DNA of 51,298 nucleotides, filler included, from Bipalium vagum (GCA_037834085.1; 3 parts of 3 records of this genome joined end to end with filler, not necessarily neighbours in it); one strand, 5' to 3'; positions 35,112-51,298 are shown, counted from the first letter of the whole stretch. A program made the numbers and translations. The notes: generated from the letters alone by a model not told the origin.

Positions 35112-38100
35112 ATGTCAAGCAAATTGTTATATGGAAAAGATTTGAGCACTTATGCCGATGAAGATATAGATGATCTTTTAAGTAAACTAACTGCAGAAGA
35201 AATTGAAGAGTTAAATAATGACATTGATCCTGATAATCATCTTCTACCTGCTTCTCAAAGATGCCGAGATCAGACAACCAAAGCTCCAACAGGAGCTTTT
35301 AATAGAGAAGATCTCATTAAATTTCTTGAGGAAAAAAGTAAGCAGGAAAAAGATTGGGATAAGAATATTCCGTTTGAAAAGAAAATACGAGGAAAAGTAT
35401 TTAAAGCTAAAATAGAGGAATCAGAAATATCAAAAAAAGATTTGCAAGAAATGGGATTTGACATGGAATTCGACACAGAATTTGATGAAGTATGTTAATT
35501 TATATATTATAGTTTTGGGTTTTGAATTTGGAATCAAATTATTATAGTTCTATAAAATCCTGAAGATTTTCAAAAGAAATTTAATCAAGGAATTTACTAA
35601 ATTTTGGATCTTAAAAAAATAGTGGAATTCTCATATTTAAGTGAATTTTTTATGAATGCTTTCGAAACCCTTGTGACCGTTTGGTTCAAATAAGCTTAAA
35701 AATAACTTGATAAATATTTTAAAAAATGACTAAAACACTTGAAAAATCGCATTTGTTTTATTGTTAAAGGTTATCTAATTGAAAAGCTATCTTGTGTCAC
35801 TAATTATATGTAACCAATCAAATTAAAAACATGTTTTGAAAAAAAAATTAATTGCTCACACGTATCAGGCCTTGAGAAATGCAACTGAAGAAGAGCTTGT
35901 CGACTTGGCTGCAGTTCTTGGTTTCAACGGAATGTTAAATCAAACGCAATACCATGCTAGCGTGGAAAATAAAGAGCAAATCTGTGGTGGATTCCAAGGT
36001 GTAGCTAAATGTGAAATCAGTAAACCAATTCCAGACGAACCTGACAATGATACGGATATTGAGGATGTTATTAAAAAATTAGCATCCAAAGATGCCTCAT
36101 TGGTTGAGGTAATAAACTGTATTCTTAACAATGAAATATTCATGATTTTCCAGGTTAATTTGAATAATCTAAGAGATATTACAGACGATATGATTAAACG
36201 CTTATGCGAAGCTGCTACAGATAATAAACATTTACTGAAACTCAGCTGCGCTAACATTCAACTCAATAACGCTTCATGTGATTATTTTCTGAACTTACTG
36301 GCAGCTAATGACCACCTACAGGTTCTCAATTTGGAATCGAATTATTTAAATGGTGAATTTTGTTATTCATAAAATTCCGAAGTTACTTAAAATTCATATT
36401 TATTACATCATTATTTAAAATTTTATTTTTTCATATCTTATCTACCAAAATTCAATGACTTTATTTTATGGTTCTCTGTTAACATATTATTTCTGATAAT
36501 TCATTGGATTTTTCTTATCCATTTTTTTGATATTTTCCCTTATACTTGGTTATGATTTATTTAAAAAATCGATTGAGATTTTTCAAAGTTTTTAATATTA
36601 AGAGGCCAATATAAATTTTTTATTTGGAAAAGTAAGGGGAATGCATTTGTTTGTTATTGAATTGTATGTATGAGGAGAGATAAAAATCTATTGATTTTTG
36701 GAATTTTATGTGATTTCATAGTTTCTCTTTTTGAGATGAAAATGCTTACTTCAGATTTAAGTTAGTGTTTTTTTAGTTAGCATTCGTTATTCAGGAACAA
36801 AGTGTTTCTCAGTTACTGATATTGGTGGTTTTATTATTTCTTGACAATGGTGTTTAATTTGTTGATTTGTAAAAAATTTTTGTTTTATTTACAATTTTAT
36901 TAGAAAAAAATATTTGACTAAATATGTCGGCTACAATTTGATCATCCCACAGAAATATTAAATTTTTCGTAATATAAATATTTATTGTAAAATATTATCT
37001 AATCATTATTGATTTATTTTTCACTGCGAGTGAAATTTTTTCAATGAATTGTCAGAATTTTTACAATATGTGAATAGATTGCAATTTATCCTTCATTCAA
37101 AATTGTTATTTACTGTTTATGAACTAAATAATTATTTGTTTTTGACAAAATAAACAGTATATATTTTACCGTTAGGTGATAAGTGCAAGCTGCTTAATGA
37201 AAAATATTATCTATTAATTTGATTAAATCTAGATTGCCTGTCTGGATTAAATATTGTAAAAATCGGATGTGTTCAGGGAAAAAAATAATAATTAATATAT
37301 TATTATTCTAGCTACAAAGTCAGATAGGTACCGAATTATGAACAGTAATTTTCATTTCAACAGAATTGTGTTAAAATTGAGAAATGGCTAATTTTTTATT
37401 ATAAAATTGTGAATGTGTAATATTTGTTATGAAATTTGTTTTCAGGTTCTCGTTTCTCCTTGCAAATAGAGATTATGTGTTCTTTTATTTTGAGTTTAGT
37501 ATATTAAATCGATAGTGATAATATTTGAAAAAAATTGTGAAATGAGAATTAAAATTTTTGATTTAATTGATTAAGAATTTTATTTTATTGTGTGCTCATT
37601 TTGACGTCCTTTCACTATTGTGTTTACTGAAACTTTACATGGCTTGGATTTATTAATACTAAGAAATGTTAATAAAGCGCCTTTAGAAAATGAACATTTG
37701 GTCTGTTTTTCTCTGCCAGTGAAAGGAATTCAATGTATTTATTGTTAAACGATATTGATCATGAAAATAATCAATAACTGTGTTTAATAAAATAACTTCC
37801 ATTTTGATTGGCTGTTCAAGAACTGCACTCTATCGCTCGAAATATCATCACCCAGTGAAAATGATGATTATTTTATTACCAGACTTATCTTACACTTATG
37901 TGAGGCATAGAGAGAACTTACTGTCAATTTAATCAGGCTCATATTTTCATTATGAGCTTTTATGAAATGTGCGATGCATTTTGTCATTTCTGTGATTACC
38001 GTTTGCTGATTGATTTTTGTACTTGTTTAGTTCATCCGGTATTTCTTTTTTTGTGCCAAACTGATTGTTCAATAGTTGACATAATCAATTTTTTATCGCT

Positions 38101-39255
38101 TTAAGAATTTTGTAAATAAATTTTTTCTGTTATTTATTAATAATATATAATAGTAATATTTGTCTTGCTGAAAAAACTTATATTAATTATGAATCTTCAT
38201 TACACCTCTTTCGTTTTCTTTAAAATATGTAATTAAAAATGTGCACTTAACCGAAAAAGGAAATCAATTTTCATAAAAGTTCAAGTTTGTCCTATCTGCT
38301 ATTTGTATTTACGTTCTTTGAATATTAACCAAATATCGTAATAAAAAACATGAAACAGTCATTTTTATATAAAATCGACTAGTTTATATTTAAACCGTGA
38401 ACTAAAATCTTTGAGTACCTCTTTCGTTGACCTTTGTTGCCACTTACTAAAGAAAGACTTATTTTAGTGATTTTCTTCTAATTTTTAAGAAAAATTTGCT
38501 GATCTTAATTGGTCAGAATTGTGGGTTTTTTCAAGATTTTTTGTGCGATCACGTTTATATTTTTTTCAATTATGAGATCAATCAACTGGAAAATAAATAT
38601 TTTGTTGAGTCAAGTGTAATTATTATCTCATTAATGATTTATATAATTTAATATATTAGTTAAGAAAATTTAATGATTTCTTTATCTACTGATCATTTTT
38701 ATAATTGATAATTGATCTATTAAAAAATTATTTATTTTTTCTACTTTATTCAATTTAATTACAAAACGTAAGGTCGATTTTATGATTATTATTAAATTAT
38801 CGAGTAACTTTCAAATAAATGTTCTTTTATTGTTTGCTTTTTTAATGCTTAATAGAATCATTTCTGTTTTCTAAAAAATTATTTATAAATATAATCAATA
38901 ATCAGTTAGAAAAATTGAATTATTATGATATACGAAGAAATTTTTTATAATCAATAATATGATCAATGAAACTTAACGGGAAGTTACTCATACAGGAGAA
39001 AGTATTGTCAAGCTGATTAAGGCAGTGAGCCGAGAGAAAAGTGGAATCTTAGAACTTCGGGTTGTCAATCAACAACAGAAAGTTTTGGGAGTCCGTGTTG
39101 AACAGGAAATCATTGAAATTCTTAAGGATAATAAAACTCTCCAAGTGCTGGGAATCGATCTGGATACTGCCGAGGCACGAATTCGAGTGCGAGACCATCT
39201 GGCCAGTAACGTCGACAAACAGACTCGACTGAACAGACTGGTCAATAAAAACTGA
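35112..39255 (+). CDS. TMOD: Tropomodulin (actin pointed-end capping protein), complete, ~358 aa
   Basis: Exons 35112-35489, 35869-36108, 36154-36352 and 38996-39255 (1077 nt). Motifs DIDDLLSKLTAEEIEEL..DIDPD..LLPASQRCRDQTTKAPTG.FNRE.L, ALRNATEEELVDLAAVLG, LRR repeats (EVNLNN, LNLESNY), ELRV.NQ..VLG.RVE. Confidence 0.95.
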
Positions 39256-40454
39256 GGAGAGGCAAGCTCAGAATTTATAACTTCTAAATAATAATAATGA
39301 TATTAATTCTTATTATTTTTTTATTATCGTAGTGATTGTGTGCCAACTATTGATTATTATATATTCTTTCACTTATTTCTAGTTGTTTTCTATTGATATT
39401 TATCTTTTTCATTTTATTCAGTGTTGTCTTAGTGTAGCTAGTGGAACGCTTTTTGGTGTTAATGTTGTTGTTTCCATTATGTTTGTTGACTGACTGAGTG
39501 GAATGAGGCACTTTCCACTATAAATCGAGAATCGATAGTGTTTATGCACAATTTCGACCTTTTCATTTGTTTTGATAAAATAGCAATTAGAGACAAACAA
39601 CTGCCATTGGAAAAATCAATATCCAATGTTTTGTTTAGATTATTAGATTGTCATCATTATCCAAATCCGTTTTGTTGTTTTTTCAAATATATACGCAGAA
39701 ATTTTTGTTTTATGATCTAAATCAATGTTGTCACGTTGGTGTCTTTGTTAATAATAATTTTGATTCATTATGGTTCCTTTTAGAAATCCGTATTCGGCTT
39801 TCGTGTTATCTCCGGAAATATGTTGATTTAGAAAATATTTATTCTTCAAATTGATTACTTCAAATTTGTTACTGATGTTATTATTGGGTGATTCGTATAA
39901 TTTTGTTCTCTTAAAAATAATTTTTTGATTTTGCTCACATTTATCATTGAAATTTTGTTTATTTATGAAAATCGTTATGCTTGTGCTAGAAAATTGCATT
40001 GATTTTCATTTTACAATGTTTCCTTTTATGCAATTCATTAACGTCAAGCGTATTTCGATGTGGATGGCTTGTAGCTTATTCAAATGTTTTAAGTTAAGCA
40101 AAGATGGAAAATAAATAAAAAATATTTTTTATAGGATGGTAAAACTATAATGTAAGAATAGTGAATTTTAGACGCATGTTTTAAAATGGTATTTTTATAT
40201 TTAGTCAGATATTTAAAGTGTTACATAAATTATTAAAAATTTAAAAAACTTAAAAATAACTCTAAATTTAAATTTAAATTTTCATAGGTTCTTAAAAGAA
40301 ATAAATTAACTGTGAGTTATAAATTTAAGAAAACTAGAAATTTCCTAAAAGTAAAACTAGCGAAAATTATAATCAATCGTTTAATTTTTTAAAAAAATTT
40401 TGGAACGACGTGCATAAAGTATTAATTAATTTTATTACCATTTTAATTAAATAA

Positions 40455-42821
<2,367 letters not shown>

Positions 42822-43169
42822 TTATCAGTTAAATAAATTTTCGTCTTAGTCTTAATGATATTATTTTATTTAATGGTGATGAGAATAAAATTAGTGTTCT
42901 GGGTCTGTAATAAACATAACAGAAATTTTAATAGTGATGGGTAACAAAATAGAAATCCATTTCACAATTTTTTGGAAAACTATTTCATGTTCATTTCAGA
43001 TCAGCAGTGGGTGAATGCATTAACAAATGCAATAATATTTTAAAATTCTGCGATCCATGAAATTTTGGAAGGACGCTAATCTAGTTACACACTACGTACC
43101 TATTTAATGAACAAAATAAATATTAAAAATTTGAAAAATAACTTGCTGTTTTATTTTAACTTAATTTTA

Positions 43170-44128
43170 AAACTCAATCTCTAAGAATGGTAGATAAATA
43201 AGCAAGATGGAAACTCTTTGGACCGGGTTCAGTTGTCCACTTAAATGAATTATTATTACATATGGTAACACTGAGAAATAACATGATGAAATTGTTCATT
43301 AAGCACAATCTATTACACAATACTGATAAGTTACATCATAAAATAACAAAAGTAAAGTGGTATTAGATTGCTTTAGAACAACGTAATATTGATGTTCTGC
43401 TCAGCGTTCATCAAGTGAACGAAGAATCTTGAATACCCTTAGCCTAACATGAAAATTTTGAGATCTGAAAGTATTTTCTGCTCTTTGTTGTGTGACTTCA
43501 CTCTAGTTTATTGTTTATTTTGATTTTAGCTCTTGTCGTTAATGCGATCTCTCATTTTACACCATCATTGACCCAAAATCGACAATTCTGTGTGTTCACA
43601 AATCCGTCTAACTCAAAATATGCTTCGTTGCTAAAGATCACTTTTTAAAGAAAATGTTTTTATTTTCATACATTATTTTAATGATTTATTTACTGAATTT
43701 ACGGTGTAATTCAAAGTCTGCCGACTTTATTTGTTGAGTTATTTGAATCTTGAACTTGAATGAAGATCTTCATGCAAAATTCTGAATAACGTCGTTCTTG
43801 AAATGGATAGCTGTTGTGAACGACCACTTTTATGATATTCTCGGCTTAGTTCATATTTTATCGAACAACTTTCTATAAATTGTTTGATAACTTGAATTTT
43901 CACATGTGATGAACAACATATTCAAACCTAAATTTTCTGCCCTTTCGGCATTACTTTCCCCGTATTAAAAATATTTTTTTTACCATAAACATTCGTTTAA
44001 TAGAATAACGATTCATTTTAAAAACTGCCGAATTACTATTGGTTATTCCACAACTATTGATTTAATAAAACAAAACGGAAATAAATGAAATGAAATTTAA
44101 AATGTAACCTTAAATTGGAGCATCCAGT
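43170..44128 (-). mobile_element. Decayed Tc1/mariner-superfamily element
   Basis: Minus strand reads KVIFSNEAYFELDGFVNTQNCRFW (cf. IFSDEAHFxLxGxVNxQNCRxW), with a TA|CTGGATGCTCCAATTTAAGG TIR-like end. Confidence 0.8.
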
Positions 44129-45130
44129 ATAAAAAAAATCAAAAACTTTGGAAATGAAAATTAAAAAATTTTCTGGAAATGATTAAGAAATTTGCAAATG
44201 AAAACAGTAACGTAATAAAAAAACAGACAGAATTCGAATGAATTTGTTTAAATTGGCCAGTTCATACCAGAACAAAAATACCTGTTCTTTTCGACAGGAA
44301 GAAAAAGCTAGACATCAAATAACGGATAGGTATCAAAAACTATATCCTAGACTCCATTATGAACATTTAAATCATCAATGATAACAACTGTCAATTCTTG
44401 ATAAGAAAGTATGATCAGGAATTTCCCAGGTTCATAAAAGAAAATTCAACAAATAATCAAATAAATTTTTCTGATATTAAGCCGTTATGAAAAAAAGTAT
44501 TATCAAGAGGTTTGCCATGAGACTAAAAGGTTGATGGTGATGATATCTGTTTTAAAAGATTTGCGCAGATACATGCTATTGAAAAATTCACCTGACAATC
44601 AAATAACATTTGTGATTTGGGGTCATATTCTATGTCAAATTTTTGAAAATTTCGAAAAACTCATTGAAAATAATGAATAGAAGGTATAGGCAGACCCCTG
44701 CCTAATTTTTTATATATGCTTCAATCACTTAAGTCATCTCCTATTGACAAGATATTTGAATAAATAAAAGTAATTGTATATGATCATTGTCAACATTTCA
44801 TGATCAATATTCACTATGTCACAAAATGATGCTGTTCAGATCAGTTCAATTTACGAGTCATCTTGTAGTTTTTATGATCTTCCAAAAACGGTTCTAGGAA
44901 AATTTTTACTTAGTACACTGACGTGAATGTTTTAATTCCGTTTTTGGAGTCCAAATTCCGGAATATAAAATAGTCAATCAGATTCATGTTATGAGAGTGA
45001 ATTGGTTGGGAAATACACTTGATTATGTTTCCATGAATTCGAAATTCACAAAGTGTAATGTAATTATATAAAAAAATAAGAATAAAACAAAATTATTACC
45101 TTTAAAGAAAAGAACCGCTATTATGTACAA

Positions 45131-45230
45131 TAATGTTTTTCAATGTTTTCTATAAAGCGGAACCCTGTAAAAATAGGTACCTTGCTCGTGAAACCTTTGG
45201 GTTCTGATGAACCCCGTTTGAAAATCACTG
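45131..45230. mobile_element. ~100-bp hAT (Buster/Charlie-like) MITE
   Basis: Ends are TAATGTTTTTCAA and (reverse complement) CAGTGATTTTCAA. An internal GGGTTC-TGAT-GAACCC palindrome is present. The flanks ATGTACAA and ATATACAT resemble a decayed 8-bp NNNTANNN target-site duplication. Confidence 0.65.
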
Positions 45231-45299
45231 ATATACATATCATATTTCGGCAATAGTTTTTGTTCGTTCACTTTGAAGCAAAGAACGTCCTGCAAAATT

Positions 45300-45430
45300 T
45301 TCCTACTTCTCAAGATTAACAAACTGCTCAAAATTTGTTCTATTGATCTAATAAAGCAAAATCTGAGGGTGACTTGTGTGAACTATAAGGAGGATGAGGT
45401 AAAAGTTCAATCCCACAGAATGTAGTAAAT
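45300..45430 (-). mobile_element. Mariner fragment
   Basis: Minus strand reads GIELLPHPPYSSHKSPSDF. Confidence 0.7.
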
Positions 45431-45999
45431 ATATCTTGCATCAAACATCAAATTCATAAAGCTACCGCTTTCTATTGATTAAATTTGGATATTTTTATTT
45501 CAAATTTTCATTGGCTCTGTCAATATGTTTATAATAAAGTTCGACATTCACATGTAGACTATGTACACAAACTAGACCTTCATAATTCCATGAAACAGTG
45601 ATCATTACCTTTTCTCCAAATCGATTCTTTTAGACACTTGTTGCAGGAATGGATAAGTTTTTCACATTATACGAGTATATATTTTATTAATAATTAATAG
45701 GTTTTTTTTGCCTCAAGTAATAATTTTGATCTTTTATTTTTACTTTTATACTAATGGCTTTCATAAGAAGTCATCTAAGTATACTATTAAAAAATTCATT
45801 TAAATATCTTTCACAACCTTTCCTATATTCTGATTTATGAAGTATTTTAGATTCTAAAAATAAAATGTCCACTATTAGAACAAGCTTGCTAGAATAAAAG
45901 CAGAAATTTGAAAAATTAGTAAATAAAAAATTCACATTTTTAAGACAATAAAAGTATAATCAAGAAGCCTATTTAATCAACATTACATTACAAAAACCT

Positions 46000-47118
46000 T
46001 CAAACCAAAGGATAAAGAGAATAATTTGCCATATTACAAGAGTTAATATTTCTTTGCAGACGGAAGTATCCATTTTCTCCCCAGTTTGAACCCCAGCTAT
46101 TTTTGACTATCCAATATGGTATTCCACTTGACTTATCAGTGCCATAACCAACAAGAAGAACACCGTGGTTTAATGGGCGCTTCGCACATTTGACGTCATG
46201 ATAAATTCCACTTTCGTAGTTCTGAAGAGAAGATGTTGCAGAAATTGCTATTGAAATTGGTCCAACCGTGGCTAAAGCTTCTTTTAACTTCTCTTCATCT
46301 CCTGAAGGTAAGTGAACAAATCCCGTATCTGTTGTGATAACATGATCTTTCTTGAAATAACACTTTGGATTGGGTTCATTTGTTGATCCAGAAACATAGG
46401 GATAGTCTTTTTCACTTTCAATTCCTCCTTCGTCCTTTATATATTTGAAAACATTTGCCATAAAACCTCCATCACAACCATAATCTTTGTTATCACAGTC
46501 AACTATTTGCTGTTCTGATAAACTGATAAGTTTTCCCGTTTTCCTCCATAGCTGTCCTTCTAATGATCCTGTACTTGAAAATGCGTAACAAGAACCACAA
46601 TTCATTTGACTTTTGACTTCAGTAACAGCCCCACGTTCTCGCCAGTCCAATGATTCTGGTAAATCAACTTTTACCATAGGTGACAAATATAACGATGATC
46701 CAGTTGATGATGAATTAATTACTTTTAACTTATTCAGTCTATCAAAATCTTCAGAGCTCTGGTGTAAAAAAGCATTAAAACAAATATATAAATATATAAA
46801 AATATATCATACCCAATCAGTCATATGATTGATTCCCATTTTGAACATCTTTTGATTTCTCTCATAAAGATCGTTGTGTTCTTGGATTTTTATCAGTGAT
46901 AAAACGAAATTGGAAAATCCCCTATTCTCCTCCTCAGATGTCTTGTAAATCTTATTATGGGTTCTCTTGAAGAAGTCAAATTCCGACTTTAAGACATTCA
47001 TCAGACCAGTCATTCCACCATTGACATTTTCGTGGAAATAATCATGACCATATAATGATTTTGCGTTCAATGACAAAGTCAGAGAACATGTAATGAAAAG
47101 TATAAGTGACAAAACCAT
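46000..47118 (-). CDS. CTSL: Cathepsin L-like papain-family (C1A) cysteine protease, complete, ~354 aa
   Basis: Exons 47118-46813 and 46758-46000 (54-nt GT-AG intron). It has a signal peptide, an I29 propeptide, and a mature domain LPESLDWR...QMNCGSCYAFS, LSEQQIVDC, GCDGG, LNHGVL, WIVKNSWG with the Cys/His/Asn triad intact. Confidence 0.93.
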
Positions 47119-49229
47119 TTGCAAATGTTAAAATTGTTTGAAAACGACGGTTTTATATTAAGTTACAATATCCATGTGATACATTATGTCATATCTGAAG
47201 ACATTGGTTACATGACGTATGGATGTTAATACATCTCGAAAATCATGTTGAGGATAGCGTTGACTTATCGTTCAAAAGTTTTTTTATTTATCAGTTATGT
47301 AACAATTTATTTTTTTAATATTAAAAAAATATTTTGTTTGAATATTGATGACATTTTAAGAAGTCAAACTTCATTGATTATCTTTGAGTAATCTGGATTA
47401 TCTTCTTGGAGGCCAGGAAGGTTGCATTTGACATAAGTAAAACTAATCGTAATTACTGTAATAAAATAATGCTTACCTAATTAATACAATATTTTTTAAA
47501 AATAAAATAATATTAATTAATTAATATTATAAAATAATAATGTGAAATATAAAAATATAATTATACAAAAATTATAAATTATCTTATTTATCATTTTTAT
47601 GAAATCTCAAGTTGTTTAGAGAACTCATTACATTTATAAACTTTATTTAAAAATTGTTTCTATTCATAATTTTAATTATGGAAAACTTTTGTTTTATTAT
47701 TTTACTTATTTATTAATTTTAACAGTATTTCTGATTATGAAAAGACGTTACGAATGATAAATTACCAAAGGGTATTTAATTAAAACCAGCTTATCTTAAT
47801 GATAATTTTACAAGTAGATATTTACATGTTGATTAGAGTTATTTTTTTTAATAAAACATAATATTAACATCGACAATGTATTTGTTTTTAATAATATTAT
47901 TTTTAATAGTTATTTATAATATAAATAAAAAAAATATTTTTAAAATATTTATATACGATATATATTTTATTTTATTTAATAATAATATTTATTTTGTCTT
48001 TTTAGGATTTATTAATTTTATTAAATATTTTATAGAATTATAAATCACAAGCTCATTATAAACGTAAAAATATTGAAATGAGTAATAAATATTTTTTCTT
48101 CTTATTTATTTTTTTCAAAATAATAAAAAAAACAAGAAGTAAAACAAAAGTATATCCTTGAGGTAGTGGCACAATTTAGGAAGTCCTAAAATGTTTACAT
48201 CTTATAATTCTCGAATTGATATTCATGATTAACATGTCATAAAAATCTAGAATTTTTTGTGATAAAAATACGAGAAGCTTTTTTGGAAAGGTGTATGACC
48301 AAAGTGAAATGCATTGCATTCTAAGAAAATTCAGAAAAAGTTGAATTAATTATTTGAGAAATTAATTTATTTCCCTTTTGAATTTCTCCGACTTTTACAA
48401 AGTCAGTTCGGGAGTCAAGATAGCGAAGAGATAGATAATAAGGTTATCGTAACATGCATTGTGAGCCGGTATTATTTAGTTTTGATAATATATAATGTAA
48501 TAATTCATACTTTGGGGTTGTCGGATCACAGATAATAATTTCAAATCAAAAGAGGATCATATTTGGTCTATCAATTCACTGTAAAATGATTTTATTTAAT
48601 AATTCTGGTTATTTAGAGTCGAATTTTAGAGGAAAAATATTAACAAACGTCGAAATATTAAAAATCTTATTATAAAGTGATAATAATTTGATTATTAATA
48701 TTTTATTCAACAAATTCCAATGGACCTGCTTTGTTTTCTTCATAAATATAAAACAAAATTTTCAACAGTTTTTAGTGAGTTCATAAATAAAGGTAATTAA
48801 ATTGTAAGGAAACAGCAAGAAATATGATGCTGTAATTGTAACATGGAAACTTAATTCTAAAATATTTCTATTTGATGAATTTATAATTTTATTAAAAAAT
48901 AAATTGAAATGAATTAGTTTAATATAACTTATTTATATAATTAATTAATTCACTGCGATAAATTCATTTCAAAACACAAAGGAATTTAAAAGATTTTTAT
49001 CCAATCATTTCGACCAAATTACGCATTAATTTTAAAATCTTTAAAAGTCAATTTCCAAAATTTTAATTAAATATTATTATAGCTATAATTTTTGAAGATT
49101 TCTTTAATTTAATATTCTCATAATAAAATTCTTAATAAAAATATTATTAATTTTTTTTAAGTAGTTACAGGATTTTGGTATCATTCATGTATATAATTGA
49201 GCACTTCAACTCAAAATCATTAAAATACG

Positions 49230-50127
49230 GATTCCAAAAGTTCCACCATGAGTTGAGATCGTTTCCTATTCACAGTAACTGATTTACCTGAAGAATTTAA
49301 AAATAAGTTTATTGCATCTATTGTTCATATTTAGTACTATACAATTCCTCTGGATGGATATAATTATAATAATTATTATTTCTGAAAACTACGAGAATTT
49401 CCCGTTAATAAAATTCGTTCATTTTCATTTAAAATAATTTCGACATTATCAGGATCGGTATTCGGATCAACATGTACTCTAAATAGGATTTTCTGATCAA
49501 CAACGTTAGGCCAATATACTCTTCCTTATCTTGTTCCAGCGGTCATTACAGGTAACTCCTTGTCCGTTGGACGCATCAAATTTTCTTTTTTGACCACTGA
49601 CAATTGAGTTGCATTTTTCGAAGAAGGGGTTATGATTACTTTTTCTGATTTCTTATCTATTGAATTCTTTGACTGCTCTGCTGACTCCACTAGATCGGCT
49701 TATTGAGCACATCAAAGTAGAAACATGAAAGTTCCACTTTGTTAAAACAACGTACTTACCTTGGCAAAAATCTGCTTAGATACTTTTTTTATTCTCTTTC
49801 AATTATCAAGAGAAGCTGCTATATATTCGTCACACAGCAAGGGGTACAGGGAAAGTATTAGGTCATTGAAAGAGTAATTCCCTTAAAGGAATAAATTGAT
49901 AAAATAAAATGGACTATATAAATTGTTTATTTTAAAATAAAAGTATGATATCAAGGTACACATTTACATTAGTCAATATATTTATCTTCTGCTTCAACAC
50001 ATCTCTGTCAGCTTTCTTTCCAAGATGTGAAGGCATTCTCGTAAAAATGGAGATGCTCGGAGATGCCTTTATCAAAAAACTCAGGTTTCAAAGATTTGTA
50101 CAGTGCTGGATCCACTACGGAACTCAT
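49230..50127 (-). pseudogene. Possible decayed multi-exon gene of unknown product
   Basis: Exon-like blocks with GT-AG borders (e.g. 49881-49760 ending AAG|GTAAGT) translate to protein-like text interrupted by in-frame TGA/TAA and frameshifts. Confidence 0.3.
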
Positions 50128-50335
50128 ATTCCATTACATGCGATTTTTCGATTTTTCCATGGTCCGTAAACTAGTATGTAAATACAAATTAATGTTTTAC
50201 TTCATTATTTAAAAGTATGTATGCATGAAAAAATATTAAAACAAGAATTATTATTTTACATTAAAACTTCTCAGAGATATTAAAGTGTAAAATTGTCGTA
50301 TTAAATCTATGCATTTCATACTTTATGACCTAATA

Positions 50336-51298
50336 CAGTGCGCGTAAAAAGTCTGTTCACCCCCTATAAAAATACTAATTTTAATTGAAAAGAATATTTT
50401 AAACAACGAAATTTATTAAATGAACAAGTCTTAATATTGAATTGGATATCCCTTTGATTTCTTGACCAATTGTAATCTTTTGGGCATTTAGTTCACAATT
50501 TTCTGCACGTGTTACGAGAAAGGTTGTATCATTTGTTTTGGATCTCATTCCATAAATCTTCAGCAGAATTATGTTTTATTGGACTTAGTTGACGTTTAAG
50601 GATACCCTAGATATTTTCTATGGGAATCAGATCAGCAGAATTACCTGGCCAAGGTAAGAATTCAATATTTTTATATTTTAGGAAAGCCTGGATACTTTTG
50701 GCCTTATGAGGAAGAGCCAAATCTTGTTGAAAAACGAATGCTGCTTTTAGAAAGACTAAGCATTTGCCAACTATATCTAAATCATGAAGTATGTCTTTTT
50801 GATATCTCTCGGCATTCATATTTCCATTGATTTTTTTAGAAGTCCAACTCCATTACTGCTGAAGCAACTCCAGATATGAATGGATGGGCCATGTCCCATA
50901 ACTGGATGGGTAAAGGCAGGGTTATACTTTTCCAATGCAGTTCTTCGAATCAATAACCTATTTGATGACGAATAGGATTGAAAGAAATACTCATCGCTGA
51001 ATACCACATCTCCCCATTTATCTGCATCCTAAGCATTGTAAGTCTTAACCCAGGAAAGTCTTTTGAGTCGTTGACGCATTTTCAAATACGGCTTCTTAAT
51101 TGATGTATAACTTCGAAAACCACTTTTTTTCAGAATTTTCTGGACAGTACTGACAGATACATTTCGGACATAACTTGAATTGTACCTATTGGTGATATAA
51201 GGAACAGATGCAAAGCGGCTTGCTTTGCAAATGCGTCTTATAGCTCGTGAAGCTTGTGGTGAAACAATAGTTGGTCTGCCTTTTCTCATCCTATCACT
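50336..51298 (-). mobile_element. Tc1-like DD34E transposon, disabled, 5' end beyond window
   Basis: GRP..., KKPYL, VVFSDE, and FQQDLALPHKAK...WPGNSADLIPIENI with exactly 34 residues between D and E. It carries premature stops and a frameshift, and a TA|CAGTGCGCGTAAAAAG TIR at 50336. Confidence 0.93.

Noticed and set aside
37760-38160. Faint minus-strand mariner similarity (TQKEI..EL)
   Set aside because: No catalytic motif could be read with confidence.
39400-40070. Short minus-strand ORFs between tropomodulin and VCP
   Set aside because: They have multiple stops in all frames and no recognisable domain; possibly an old repeat.

Overview
This is AT-rich eukaryotic (animal) genomic DNA. The 41-58 nt GT-AG introns, (AAT)n tracts and dense mariner/Tc1 debris fit a free-living flatworm (planarian), but that is an inference. 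The window is not one contiguous locus. Two identical 100-nt spacers (44 N + TTAATTAATTAA + 44 N, at 17145-17244 and 34107-34206) join three ~17-kb pieces. Piece 1 holds the 3' part of a coiled-coil protein gene (+) and the 3' half of a tyrosine aminotransferase gene (-). Piece 2 holds the 3' exons of a PRL/PTP4A phosphatase (+). Its last intron carries a ~3.3-kb decayed cassette: an LTR-like promoter/leader followed by a ~740-codon disabled ORF containing a DEDDh/REX4-like 3'-5' exonuclease fold. Piece 2 also has a GC-rich LTR-like module with an array of abutting hairpins at 33.5-33.9 kb. Piece 3 holds complete tropomodulin (+), an intronless divergent VCP/CDC48 (+), a cathepsin L-like protease (-) and a disabled Tc1 (DD34E) element. 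More than a dozen mariner, Tc1, pogo and hAT remnants are scattered throughout. The best candidates for undescribed biology are the exonuclease-carrying cassette and the hairpin-rich LTR-like modules. All identifications come from manual translation and motif recognition; no searches were run.
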